Of a stretch of 64,000 nt of DNA, positions 12,715 to 25,016 are shown in pieces. The DNA is from Mobula hypostoma (Eukaryota), in contig NC_086097.1 of the NCBI RefSeq assembly GCF_963921235.1, forward strand, positions 4,898,001 through 4,962,000, read 5' to 3'. Position numbers and translations under genes: made by a program. Each line of letters opens with the position of its first letter. The first letter of the stretch is position 1. A model generated the notes under the pieces. The model had not been told where the DNA came from and ran no database searches. It saw nothing but the letters and a program-made list of their open reading frames with translations.

Positions 12715-12718
12715 CTCT

Positions 12719-13020
12719 CAATGAAGCGTTTGTTATTGCCTTCCTGGCCGTTGGATCTCACTGTAGATCTCATCCGCCCAGTCTGCAGGATTTGACTTCA
12801 TTCCCTGGGACAGGCATGACCCTATCTGGGCTGCCCTCACCTTGTTCAGCCTCCTGTGGAAGCGATGTACTGGGATGTGGCTGCTGTCACATGCAAGCAG
12901 CTACTTGGGAGCCGTAGGTGAGAGCTGCGCGTCCGGTGGGGACTAAAGGTGAGTGAGCTGCCCCAGAATGGACATGGTAAGCCCCTTCACCAGAGGTGCT
13001 ACCCCTCCCTAGTCACCCCA
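12719..13020 (-). mobile_element. Short non-coding interspersed element (RTE-related?), split by the LTR element; other half at ~7700-7890
   Basis: Joined halves align in reverse with 25017-25530. Confidence 0.65.
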
Positions 13021-13639
13021 TATACACCCATTATAGCTTGTACTAACTGGTTAATTATGTATATCAGCCTTGCAGTTTTGACTAATGACCTTACCCAGAC
13101 ATTTCATTAAACATTAGACACAAAACATGAAATACCCCAGCATGCAGCGTTCTAACCCTGACATCGATACTGTTTCCTTAATTCTTGTGGAATTATTGCA
13201 AGCTGATGACCTGGTCCTTGGATGTGGAGATTGAAGGTTATTTCCATATCTAGTGGAACACAGATATTTCACCGGATCCATTCTAATGAATAGCAAGGGA
13301 AAGGAAGCGGAGATACTACTGTATTTTTGCAGCTAATTGTCTACTGTTCATTTGTAAATTGTTCAACTTGATGTCGTTTAGATAGTCAGGTAAAACCTAT
13401 GTAGCTGCGGGGTCGTAACTATTAGAGAGGCAGCAATTGATGTTGTCGGAATGGAAATGAGATTCTTCTTGCTCCTGTGCTTTATACAGTCATTTCAAAT
13501 GAGTGAGGGAAGGGAGAAATTCAAGGCTGGAACATTACAACTGCTCATCGGTTGAGACCTTCGTCTCCTAGGTTTTGTAAGAGAAAGGCATGGCAGGGGA
13601 ACTTGGACTACTTTATTTTACTTGTTTATTTGCTGATGT

Positions 13640-14120
13640 AGTGCGGAGTGAGTCCTTCCGGCCTTTTCAGACATGCCGCCCACCAACCCCTGATAGACTT
13701 GATTCACCCTAACCTAATTACAGGACAATTTATAGTGACTAATTAACCTACTAACCAGAAACAAATGAGAAAATCTACAGAAGCTAGAAATCTGAGCAAC
13801 TCACACAAGTGCTGAAGGAACTGGGCAGGCCCGGCACCGTCTATGGAAAAAAAAGTACAGTTGTACAGTCGAGTAAAGAGGTCAGCAGTCCTGCCGGAGG
13901 GTCTCGGCCCGAATCGTCGACTGCACTCTTCTCCCTAGATGCTGCCTGGCCTGCTGAGCTCCTTGAGCATTTTGTGTGTGTAACCTAGTAGCTGTGGGAG
14001 GAATCCAGAGCACCTGGAGAAAACCCATGCGTTCCACTGGGAGAACACACAAACTCCTTGCGCAGAGAGACACTCTGAATTCCGGAATACCTCAGGCTAA
14101 CCGCCACACTACCACGTTGT
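13640..14120 (-). mobile_element. V-SINE-like SINE interrupted by an inverted pair of Penelope termini (~13757-13980)
   Basis: SINE core on both sides; inner segment has ctgcctggcctgctgag and a degenerate hammerhead at ~13886-13922. Confidence 0.6.
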
Positions 14121-14236
14121 ATGCAGTCATGGGCTATCATTAAGGAAAGAAACAAATCTGACTGCTGGAACCACACTCTGGTCTCCTGCTCTCTGCCGCA
14201 AGTGAGATCATTTCCTGGCTCCCCCTTACCTACGTA

Positions 14237-14375
14237 ACGCACACAAAATGCTGGAGGAACTCAGCAGGTCTGGCAGCATCTATGGCAATGAATAAACAGA
14301 CGACATTTTGGGCCAAAACCCTTCACCGGGACTGGAAAGGAAGGAGGAAGAAGTTAGAATAACAAGATGGGGGTC
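14237..14375 (-). mobile_element. Penelope-like terminal fragment
   Basis: acacaaaatgctggaggaactcagcagg...cccttcaccgggactgg, same family as the other termini. Confidence 0.65.
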
Positions 14376-15490
14376 ATTGATAATGGCTGGGGGGGGGCAG
14401 GGGGTCAAACATTTGTGAAGCCCTTGCCCAGAAGAAGCCAATTGGCAAACTACTTCTGTAGAAACATTTTCCAAGAGCAATCATGGTCATGGAAAGGGGG
14501 AAGACCATGGTCACCCATATCATACGACACAGCACATAACCAATGAGTGGAGGAGATTGCAGTGATCTATACTGTTGGAAAATGCACACAATTGCATCAG
14601 TAATTTCACAGATTATAAATTCCTTGTCATTCATTGTCAATGACAAAGAGATGCTGACTGAGACAAGTAACCTTCCCACAGTGAAAGGAAAAAAGGGGAA
14701 AAAATTAGAAAATAAATTCATTTGCACTTATTGAATGAGCCATCTGTTTGACAAGTCTCAACTGACAGCTGAGATATAATGGTAAAACTTAAAACAGAAA
14801 TGTGTTGATTTAGCAAAAATATACCAATATTTCTTTGAAATTTATTTCTGGTACAAAGTGACTAAAATTTTATAACTCTTTCTTAGCATAGATTTCACAC
14901 CACTAAGGTTTTTATTACCTGAATACTGCCTTAGTATTTCTCAAGTAGTTAATAAAAACATTTAGAACACGGTATAACGGACAAGGTCAAAATACAATAC
15001 TGAGTCTATTTAAAGAGGCAGATGCCGAGCTCAACACACATAAACCGCAGGAGGAACTCAGCAGGCCAGGCAGTGTCTATGAAAATGAATAAACAATCAA
15101 TGTTTTGGGTCGAGACCTTTTTGGGTTGTTCTAGATTTCCAGCAGTTACAGAATCTCTTGTGTTTATAAGATGCCAAACTCAGATTTTTAAAATCTGTTT
15201 GAAATTCTTATTAAGTTTTCTGTACAGGTTTTTCCCATTTTCTAAGATTCACACAGTGAAATCTCATTTCAATTTTTTCCATGTTGTAACTAAAATATAT
15301 GGATATTCTGCCTTAATTTCATGAGAAGATGAGCCCAGCTATAAAACTATTTGACGTTGATGTAGATAACCAAATGGTTTGCAGAACATCCATTCAAATT
15401 TGATGTCAGCAAGTGGTTTAAGTACATCGATGACTTGCAAATGCTGCTGTTTCTAATTCCCAGAATCTTCTTTATACTGAGGGATTATTA

Positions 15491-16363
15491 TTGGAGTCTC
15501 CAAGCCTCCCGGACGTCTACATCTGCACCAAGTGCATCGAGATGCAGCTCCTAAGGGACCGCGTTACGGAACTGGAGCTGCAGCTCGATGACCTTTGTCT
15601 GGTCAGGGAGAGCGAGGAGTTGATAGAGAGGAGTTGCAGGCAGGTGGTCACGCCGGGGACACGGGAGGCAGACAAGTGGGTCACGGTTAGGAGGGGGAAG
15701 GGGAAAAGTCAGGTGATGGGGAGTACCCCGGTGGCTGTGCCCCTTAACAACAGGTACTCCTGTTTGAGTACTGTTGGGGGGGACAGCTTACCCGGGGGAA
15801 GCGACAGTGGCCGTGCCTCCGGCACAGAGTCTGGCCCTGTAGCTCAGAAGGGTAGGGCAAGGAAGAGGAGGGCAGTTGTGATAGGGGACTCGATAGTAAG
15901 GGGGTCAGATAGGCGATTCTGTGGACGCAGTCCAGCGACCCGGATGGTAGTTTGCCTCCCTGGTGCCAGGGTCCGGGATATTTCCGATCGTGTCCAAGAT
16001 ATCCTGAAGTGGGAGGGTGAGGAGCCAGAGGTCGTGGTACATATAGGTACCAATGACATAGGTAGGAAAAGGGATGAGGTCCTGAAAGGAGAATATAGGG
16101 AGCTAGGAAGGGAGTTGAGAAAAAGGACCGCAAAGGTAGTAATCTCGGGATTACTGCCTGTGCCACGCGACAGTGAGAGTAGGAATGCGATGAGGTGAAG
16201 GATAAATGCGTGGCTGAGGGATTGGAGCAGGGGGCAGGGATTCAAGTTTTTGGATCATTGGGACCTCTTTTGGCGCAGGTGTGCCCTGTACAAAATGAAT
16301 CCTAGGGGGACCAATATCCTGGCAGGGAGATTAGCGAGGGCTACTGAGGTGACTTTAAACTAG
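15491..16363 (+). pseudogene. CR1 ORF1 (Cys motif, leucine zipper, SGNH/GDSL esterase)
   Basis: CTKC, LRDRVTELELQL, VIGDSIVRG, HIGTND; premature TGA at 16196; frame continues to TTA AAC TAG at 16355-16363. Confidence 0.9.
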
Positions 16364-16366
16364 AAT

Positions 16367-17016
16367 AGAAACATAGAAACATAGAAAATAGGTGCAGGAG
16401 TAGGCCATTCGGCCCTTCGAGCCTGCACCACCATTTATTATGATCATGGCTGATCATCCAACTCAGAACCCCGCCCCAGCCTTCCCTCCATACCCCCTGA
16501 CCCCCGTAGCCACAAGGGCCATATCTAACTCCCTCTTAAATATAGCCAATGAACTGGCCTCAACAGTTTCCTGTGGCAGAGAATTCCACAGATTCACCAC
16601 TCTCTGTGTGAAGAAGTTTTTCCTAATCTCGGTCCTAAAAGGCTTCCCCTCTATCCTCAAACTGTGGCCCCTCGTTCTGGACTTCCCCAACATCGGGAAC
16701 AATCTTCCTGCATCTAGCCTGTCCAATCCCTTTAGGATCTTATACGTTTCAATCAGATCCCCCCTCAATCTTCTAAATTCCAACTAGTACAAGCCCAGTT
16801 CATCCAGTCTTTCTTCATATGAAAGTCCTGCCATCCCAGGAATCAATCTGGTGAACCTTCTTTGTACTCCCTCTATGGCAAAGATGTCTTTCCTCAGATT
16901 AGGGGACCAAAACTGCACACAATACTCCAGGTGTGGTCTCACCAAGGCCTTGTACAACTGCAGTAGTACCTCCCTGCTCCTGTACTCGAATTCTCTCGCT
17001 ATAAATGCCAGCATAA
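16367..17016 (-). mobile_element. CR1 3' fragment inserted antisense at the host ORF1/ORF2 junction
   Basis: Reverse complement of ~19505-20145; (TTTCTATG)n tail; TAGAAT on both sides (16361-16366, 17017-17022). Confidence 0.93.
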
Positions 17017-17018
17017 TA

Positions 17019-20000
17019 GAATGGTTGGGGGGTGGGAATCAAATTAAAGAGGCTAGGCGTGAGGAGGTTAGTTCACAACAGGGGGATGGGAACCAGTGCA
17101 GAGAGACAGAGGGGTGTAAAGTGAGGGTAGAAGCAAAAAGTACTAAGGAGAAAAGTAAAAGTTGCAGGCCGACAAATCCAGGGCAAGCATTAAAAAGGGC
17201 CACTTTTCAACATAATTGTATAAGGGCTAAGAGAGTTGTAAAAGAGCGCCTGAAGGCTTTGTGCGTCAATGCAAGGAGCATTCGTAGTAAGGTGGATGAA
17301 TTGAAAGTGCAGATTGTTATTAATGATTATGATATAGTTGGGATCACAGAGACATGGCTCCAGGGTGACCAGGGATGGGAGCTCAACGTTCAGGGATATT
17401 CAATATTCAGGAGGGATAGACATGAAGGAAGGGGAGGTGGGGTGGCGTTGCTGGTTAAAGAAGAGATTAACGCAATAGAAAGGAAGGACATAAGCCGGGA
17501 AGATGTGGAATCGATATGGGTAGAGCTGCGTAACACTAAGGGGCAGAAGGCACTGGTGGGAGTTGTGTACAGGCCACCTAACAGTAGTAGTGAGGTCGGA
17601 GATGGTATTAAACAGGAAATTAAAAATGTGTGCAATAAAGGAACAGCAGTTATAATGGGTGACTTCAATCTACATGTAGATTGGGTAAACCAAATTGGTA
17701 AAGGTGCTGAGGAAGAGAATTTCTTGGAATGTATGCGGGATGGTTTTTTTAACCAACATGTCGAGGAACCAACTAGAGAGCAGGCTATTCTGGACTGGGT
17801 TTTGAGCAATGAGGAAGGGTTAATTAGCGATCTTGTCGTGAGAGGCCCCTTGTGTAAGAGTGACCATAATATGGTGGAATTCTTCATTAAGATGGAGAGT
17901 GACATAGTTAATTCAGAAACAAAGGTTCTGAACTTAAAGAGGGGTAACTTTGAAGGTATGAGACATGAATTAGCTGAGATAGACTGGCAAATGACACTTA
18001 AAGGATTGACGGTGGATATGCAATGGCAAGCATTTAAAGGTTGCATGGATGAACTACAACAATTGTTCATCCCAGTTTGGCAAAAGAATAAATCAAGGAA
18101 GGTAGTGCACCCGTGGCTGACAAGAGAAATTAGGGATAGTATCAATTCCAAAGAAGAAGCATACAAATTAGCCAGAGAAAGTGGCTCACCTGAGGACTGG
18201 GAGAAATTCAGAGTTCAGCAGAGGAGGACAAAGGGCTTAATTAGGAAGGGGAAAAAAGATTATGAGAGAAAACTGGCAGGGAACATAAAAACGGACTGTA
18301 AAAGCTTTTATAGATATGTAAAAAGGAAAAAACTGGTAAAGACAAATGTAGGTCCCCTGCAGACAGAAACAGGTGAATTGATTATGGGGAGCAAGGACAT
18401 GGCAGACCAATTGAATAATTACTTTGGTTCTGTCTTCACTAAGGAGGACATAAATAATCTTCTAGAAATAGTAAGGGACAGAGGGTCCCGTGAGATGGAG
18501 GAACTGAGCGAAATACATGTTAGTAGGGAAGTGGTGTTAGGTAAATTGAAGGGATTGAAGGCAGATAAATCCCCAGGGCCAGATGGTCTGCATCCTAGAG
18601 TGCTTAAGGAAGTAGCCCAAGAAATAGTGGATGCATTAGTGGTAATTTTTCAAAACTCGTTAGATTCTGGACTAGTTCCTGAGGATTGGAGGGTGGCTAA
18701 TGTAACTCCACTTTTTAAAAAGGGAGGGAGAGAGAAACCGGGGAATTATAGACCAGTTAGCCTGACGTCGGTGGTGGGGAAACTGCTGGAGTCAGTTATC
18801 AAGGATGTGATAACAGCACATTTGAAAAGCAGTGAGATGATTGGACAAAGTCAGCACGGATTTGTGAAAGGAAAATCATGTCTGACGAATCTCATAGAAT
18901 TTTTTGAGGATGTAACTAGTAGAGTGGATAGGGGAGAACCAGTGGATGTGGTATATTTGGATTTTCAAAAGGCTTTTGACAAGGTCCCACACAGGAGATT
19001 AGTGTGGAAACTTAAAGCACACGGTATTGGGGGTAAGGTATTGGTGTGGGTGGAGAATTGGTTAGCAGACAGGAAGCGAAGAGTGGGAATAAACGGGACC
19101 TTTTCAGAATGGCAGGCGGTGACTAGTGGGGTACCGCAAGGCTCAGTGCTGGGACCCCAGTTGTTTACAATATATATTAATGACTTGGATGAGGGAATTA
19201 AATGCAGCATCTCCAAGTTTGCGGATGACACGAAGCTGGGTGGCAGTGTTAGCTGTGAGGAGGATGCTAAGAGGATGCAGGGTGACTTGGATAGGTTGGG
19301 TGAGTGGGCAAATTCATGGCAGATGCAATTTAATGTGGATAAATGTGAAGTTATCCACTTTGGTGGCAAAAATAGGAAAACAGATTATTATCTGAATGGT
19401 GGCCGATTAGGAAAAGGGGAGATGCAACAAGACCTGGGTGTCATTATACACCAGTCATTGAAAGTGTGCATGCAGGTACAGCAGGCGGTGAAAAAGGTGA
19501 ATGGTATGCTGGCATTTATAGCGAGAGGATTCGAGTACAGGAGCAGGAAAGTACTACTGCAGTTGTACAAGGCCTTGGTGAGACCACACCCGGAGTATTG
19601 TGTGCAGTTTTGGTCCCCTAATCTGAGGAAAGACATCCTTGCCATAGAAGGAGTACAAAGAAGGTTCACCAGATTGATTCCTGGGATGGCAGGACTTTCA
19701 TATGAAGAAAGACTGGATGAACTGGGCTTGTATTCTTTGGAATTTAGAAGATTGATGGGGGATCTGATTGAAACGTATAAGATCCTAAAGGGATTGGACA
19801 GGCTAGATGCAGGAAGATTGTTCCCGATGTTGGGGAAGTCCAGAACGAGGGGCCACAGTTTGAGGATAGAGGGGAAGCCTTTTAGGACCGAGATTAGGAA
19901 AAACTTCTTCACACAGAGAGTGGTGAATCTGTGGAATTCTCTGCCACAGGAAACAATTGAGGCCAGTTCATTGGCTATATTTAAGAGGGAGTTAGATATG

Positions 20001-20057
20001 GTCCTTGTGGCTACGGGGGTCAGGGGGTATGGAGGGAAGGCTGGGGCAGGGTTCTGA
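17019..20057 (+). CDS. CR1 ORF2: AP-like endonuclease plus reverse transcriptase (uninterrupted frame)
   Basis: NARSI, GITETW, YRPP, MGDFN, SDH (APE); [38 protein letters not shown] (RT); about 1010 codons without a stop. Confidence 0.95.
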   Translation, partial: EWLGGGNQIKEARREEVSSQQGDGNQCRETEGCKVRVEAKSTKEKSKSCRPTNPGQALKRATFQHNCIRAKRVVKERLKALCVNARSIRSKVDELKVQIVINDYDIVGITETWLQGDQGWELNVQGYSIFRRDRHEGRGGGVALLVKEEINAIERKDISREDVESIWVELRNTKGQKALVGVVYRPPNSSSEVGDGIKQEIKNVCNKGTAVIMGDFNLHVDWVNQIGKGAEEENFLECMRDGFFNQHVEEPTREQAILDWVLSNEEGLISDLVVRGPLCKSDHNMVEFFIKMESDIVNSETKVLNLKRGNFEGMRHELAEIDWQMTLKGLTVDMQWQAFKGCMDELQQLFIPVWQKNKSRKVVHPWLTREIRDSINSKEEAYKLARESGSPEDWEKFRVQQRRTKGLIRKGKKDYERKLAGNIKTDCKSFYRYVKRKKLVKTNVGPLQTETGELIMGSKDMADQLNNYFGSVFTKEDINNLLEIVRDRGSREMEELSEIHVSREVVLGKLKGLKADKSPGPDGLHPRVLKEVAQEIVDALVVIFQNSLDSGLVPEDWRVANVTPLFKKGGREKPGNYRPVSLTSVVGKLLESVIKDVITAHLKSSEMIGQSQHGFVKGKSCLTNLIEFFEDVTSRVDRGEPVDVVYLDFQKAFDKVPHRRLVWKLKAHGIGGKVLVWVENWLADRKRRVGINGTFSEWQAVTSGVPQGSVLGPQLFTIYINDLDEGIKCSISKFADDTKLGGSVSCEEDAKRMQGDLDRLGEWANSWQMQFNVDKCEVIHFGGKNRKTDYYLNGGRLGKGEMQQDLGVIIHQSLKVCMQVQQAVKKVNGMLAFIARGFEYRSRKVLLQLYKALVRPHPEYCVQFWSPNLRKDILAIEGVQRRFTRLIPGMAGLSYEERLDELGLYSLEFRRLMGDLIETYKILKGLDRLDAGRLFPMLGKSRTRGHSLRIEGKPFRTEIRKNFFTQRVVNLWNSLPQETIEASSLAIFKRELDMVLVATGVRGYGGKAGAGF

Positions 20058-20959
20058 GTTGGATGATCAGCCATGATCATAATAAATGGCGGTGCAGGCT
20101 TGAAGGGCCGAATGACCTACTCCTGCACCTATTTTCTATGTTTTCTAAAGCCTCTTCTTGAGTCTGAGGAGTGTGATATTGTATCTTGAATCTGGTGCCA
20201 GTCCGTTGGTCAGGGATGACCCTAGAAGTTACGTCCTAGCTGTCTCTCTCATAGTCGACATGCAAGGCAATGGATATGGAGAACAAGCTGTTGCCCATGC
20301 AGCAGGCTGCCCCTCGTCATGCAGCCGGTGAATCCAAAGGAACAGTAGAGACCGATACAGTTTGGCACCAGCAGCATCACAGAAGTTGCCGGTCGGCGTT
20401 GAACACAAGGTCAAGCAGGACTGACGTGAGCTCCAAAGCCTTCTCCATGAGTGGGGTAGCAGAGGTTTCAGATCAGAGTGTTCCTTCTCCTAGATGAGCT
20501 GCCAACAATGACTGACCCACCCACTGGTCAGAATGAAATCTGAATTAAATAATTAATCATTGGGAAGCTTAGTCAGAAATCTTCAGTGAGAAATGCTTTA
20601 CCTGGCAAACCACAATGGACAAAATACTGACTGAAAATTATTTTCCATTATAATATGAGGCACCCAGATAATTTGCTCCGATCTCTTCAAAAGGGATGCA
20701 AACTGAAAGTATATCATGAAGAATTTGTTTATACAACTAAAATCTTTTCTCTGTGGAACTCCTGCAATGAGGCTGTCACTAAAGATTGATAAGTCAAATG
20801 ATAAATACTGATGATAATGCCAGGATGTACTGAATAGACTTTTGAAAATAGTAGACATCAGAATAGAACCTATTAACCAACTTTTCAGAATGCTGATTGT
20901 TGTGTCTGTGCACAACTACATATCAATTAAAAAAAAACACACGTGGGAGATGGCTTTAA

Positions 20960-23210
20960 TGGGTGTATTCACCTTGCAATAAGAGAGAGAGAGAGCAAGA
21001 GAACACGGTGCATGCGCACACAACAGGTCAATACATAGTGCTAAGGTGGGGCAGGGGTCATTGCTCTAAAACCATACATTACACGTCCTCCCCCTTTGGA
21101 ACCATGCAGCATAAACTGTTCATGTATAAAACATTCAATTTCCCTTTCATAATCCCATAGGTAAACACGCTTTCATAGTAACAGTCAATAACTAACTTCA
21201 CAGTTCTAAAGATTCAGTCTTTTGGGTGGTGCTCCGTTCCTTTCAGGATAGTGTCTCTGAACCTGTGTAGTGGCATTAAGTTTGGTCGGTGTCTTGTTGA
21301 CGTCACAGTTTCTGGTGTCACGTTGCTGTCAGTGACATCATCACTGAGAGGTAAGTCCGGAGATTGTAATGCGTCTGTCTTTTGGATGAAGTCGACTCAG
21401 ATGTGTTCTTCAGCTGAGCATCCAAATGACGTCTCCATATCTGATCTCTAACGTCCACTGTGTACGTCAGTGGTCCAGTTCTTCTAGTTATCCTACTGGG
21501 TGTCCACTTGTCTTCCTTGTAATCATAAACTGGAACTTCCTGTCCAATCTTGAAGGTCCCTGCTGCTTCACTTGGCAACTGGCTGGACTCTTCATTCTGC
21601 CCTTCCCTCTGTAGATCTGGTTTCAGGAGGTCTATGCGAGATCTCAGATTCCTGCTCATAAACAGTATTGCAGGTGTTTGATTTGTCATTGCATGCACAG
21701 AGTTCTGATACACAAAAACTAAGTTGTCTACCTTGTCCTGTAGAGAAATGTCCTCCTTGTCCATCATTTTAATGGTCTTCTTGAAGATTCGGGTAAACCT
21801 TCCAGCTAACCCATTTATTGCTGGGTGGTGAGAAGCTGACTTGTAATGTCTGATGCCATTTTTCTTCATGAACTGTTGGAATTCTTCGGATGAGTATTGT
21901 GGTCTGTTATCACTCACAACTTGTTCAAGTAAGCTGTGTCTGACAAAGATATCCTCAGAACGGAGACAGTCTTTGCTGATGTGGTTGACTTCATTGGTAT
22001 AAACTCTGGCCACTTCGAATGAGCATCCACAGCAATCAGGAACATGGAGTCCATGAATGGCCCAGCAAAGGCAATATATACTCTTTGCCATGTTGAAGAT
22101 GGCCACTGCTACAGGTGTAACAGTGCCTATAAGGGTACATTTGATTTTTTTTGACAGCCCAAACAACTTTTCTCCACGTCTTCCATCTGTCTATCTATTT
22201 CCGTTTCAAACACCTTCTGTGCCAGTCTCTGGTTAGTGCTACCATTTGGGCTGCAGTTGCCTGTTGATGCCACACTGAGAGTTTTTATTGAGTGCCAGTC
22301 CAGTTGGATCTTTTTCAACCATTCACATCCAAAAAGTGCTGGCCTTCCTCTTTTCAATGCATAAAGCTCTAACTGTTGTGTTTGGCCTCCAACGTCACAT
22401 TCACTTTCAGTTTGCTTTTGGGATGCACTTTTTCACCTGTGTAGGTCTTTAGAATCACTGAGGTATTTTCTATTGGTATCTTAGAAATCAATCTGTTGTA
22501 ATCAGCCTCTGAAATTATGGACAAAGCTGACATTGTTTACCGTGCCATTTTCAGCTTTACACCAGACAAATCTATTGTGATCCAGATGATTTTGTGATCT
22601 GCTTCAGTTATACTATGCAGTCTGAGGCATGAAAATTCACCCTTGTCAGACTCTGTGTTGTCTGATTCTGTTTTACATTCAGTAACTTTATGCATTTACT
22701 TAGTTTTGTGTTTGAAACTTTTCACTCGGTTGTGCTTTTTGCCTGCCTTGTGAATGTACATCTGACATTGTCTGTAATTTTTATTTTGAACTAACAGTCA
22801 TTTTGCATCATGAGAGGATCTGCCGCATCAATAACATTTTTGGCTTTTTGCACCATTCATGGACATTTTGTGCATTTCACATTCTAACCTTTTCTGTAGT
22901 ACTGCTTCATCCTTTGCTGCAGTCGCTATCAATATTGCAATGGGCAATGGCAGTTCCAAGGCAAGCTCTCATTCAGATAGCAGCCTCTTTTGAGGGCTTT
23001 GACTACGTACGTCACATATAAGCCTGTACCTTAATGCATCAGAAAGTCCATCTCTAAAATCAAGAACTGGGAAAGTTTGCGCAGCTCTGCAATGTATTCA
23101 GGAATGCTTTGACTGGTTCTTTTTGTAAAATCTAAATCTCTCAGCTATTACCAGTGGCTTAGGGCTCAAGTGATTTTGTAAAATTGTAATAATTTCATCT
23201 AACGCCTTCA
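20960..23210 (-). mobile_element. Degenerate Gypsy LTR retrotransposon (gag/protease/integrase remnants, PPT, partial 3' LTR)
   Basis: VVSDNRPQYSSEEF..HPAINGLAGRF integrase in ORF 21318-22166; GRPALFGCEWL; purine tract ~21085-21096 before TGTAAT. Confidence 0.82.
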
Positions 23211-23479
23211 ATAATTTCATGCATTACCTTATGTGATATTAGCTGCAGTGGTTGTATTTTTAGTTTTAGTGGTGTTTTAGTGGCAATTATTTTAAAGGTT
23301 ACACTGCACTGTGAACCTTGGTGAGTCTTACCTCACCCAGATAATAAGTGTGAGACAAAATTACTCACAGGATAAGAAATAAGAGACAATAATTACGATG
23401 GTCCAATGTATTGTAAAGCTTACAAAAATCTAAGTTTGCTTTTGGATCTCAACCGCAGTTGCTATTGAGCACCACAGTA

Positions 23480-24495
23480 GCTCGGGTCTTCAGAATTCAC
23501 AGCTCAGTTCTGGCATCCTCTGTAAGCAGGTTATTTATGTTCTTCCCATGAGTTTGTGGCTTTCTTCCATGTGTTCTGGTTTCCTCCCACAGTCCAAAGA
23601 CATGTGAGTTAGTAGGTTAATTGATCATTGTAAATTGTCCCATGATTACTGGTGTGAAATAGACATCACCCTGACACAGTGGTGTCAAGAAAACAACCTC
23701 TCCCTCAATGTCGCAAAAACAAAGGAGCTGGTTGTGGATTACATGGCGAATGGGAACATCAATGGATCTGGGGTTGTGAGGGTGAACAGCTTTAAGTTCC
23801 TCAGCATAAACATCACCGAAGATCTCACGTGGCCTGTACGTACCGGCTGTGTGGTGAAAAAGGCACAACAGCGCCTCTTTCACCTCAGACGGTTGAAGAA
23901 GTTTGGCATTAGTCCCCAAATCCTAAGAACTTTCTACAGGGGCACAATTGAGAGCATCCTGACTGGCTGCATCACTCTTGGTATGGGAACTGTACCTCCC
24001 TCAATCGCAGGACTCTGCAGAGAGTGGTGCGGACAACCCAGCGCATCTGTAGATGTGAACTTCCCACTATTCAGGATGTTTACAAAGACAAGTGCATAAG
24101 AAGGGCCCAAAGGATCATTGGGGACCTGAGTCACCCCAATCACAAACTGTTCCAGCTGCTACCATCTGGGAAACGATACCACAGCATAAATTCCAGAACC
24201 AACAGACTCCGGGACAGCTTCTTCCACCAGGCCATCAGATTGATTAATTCATACTAACACAACTGTATTTCTATGTTATATTGACTGTCCAGTTGTACAT
24301 ACTATTTATTATAAATTCCTATAAGTTGCACATTGCACATTTAGGTGGAGACATAACGTAAAGATTTTTACTCCTCACATATATGAAGGACATAAGTAAT
24401 AAAGTCAATGCAATTCAATGGGTTGCTAGGCAGTGTGGCTTGTAGGGCTGGAAGGGTCTATTCTGTGCTGTATCTTTAAATGAAATAAAAATAAA
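23480..24495 (+). mobile_element. V-SINE-like SINE split by a Rex1/Babar-like 3' fragment (~23657-24419)
   Basis: SINE core to ~23655 and SINE tail from ~24420; insert encodes WCQENNLSLNVAKTKELVVD and KAQQRLFHLRRL. Confidence 0.8.
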
Positions 24496-25016
24496 TCTGC
24501 CTATATACTGAATAAAAACAGATTGTTTGGACTCTACAGGTACGGTGGTCAGTCAGAAATTGGAAAGGAGCCTGAAGCTGCTACTTAAACAACCATTAGC
24601 GTTATCATTCATGCAGGAAGTCAAGAACCCAAGGAAGCTGCAATGGAAAGGAGAAGTAGGACTCTCTCTTTAACAATTCTGGCAGGGTAATGAATGTAAT
24701 TTGTTAACTGTATGTTTAAAATGAAATGGTAAGCTGTTATGTTTCAGAACAGTACAAGAGAGAGTAAGGACCATATTTGGAAGTAGCAGGTTTATTAAAA
24801 TTTTGAACCATGATAATCGAACTTGTCATTTGACTAAAATAATTAAAAAGAACCCCAGAGCAAGACAAAGATAATTGTCACTGGGGGAAATGATGTTGCT
24901 CAGAAGGTATCAGCTCAAGTTTTACCAGAAATTATGGCCCAGACTTGATGTAGAAATGTTGGTACTTTGATATTTTTGTGACTGTTTTTTGTTCTGGCTC
25001 TATCGAGTAACTGTAT

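Larger units (their letters stand above)
15491..20145 (+). mobile_element. Near-complete young CR1 LINE (5'-truncated ORF1, open ORF2, 3' tail)
   Basis: Esterase ORF1, APE+RT ORF2, tail gggccgaatgacctactcctgcacctattttctatg. Confidence 0.96.

Noticed and set aside
13088..13260. Possible exon (splice-like signals on both strands)
   Set aside because: All frames between the signals contain stops
16851..17018. N-terminus of the 1068-aa ORF as native CR1 ORF2
   Set aside because: It is the antisense strand of the inserted CR1 fragment
17390..20080. Long minus-strand ORFs (258, 134, 230 aa) and similar ones at 16440, 32612 and 35445
   Set aside because: Antisense shadows of CR1 ORF2, repeated at each copy; no independent evidence
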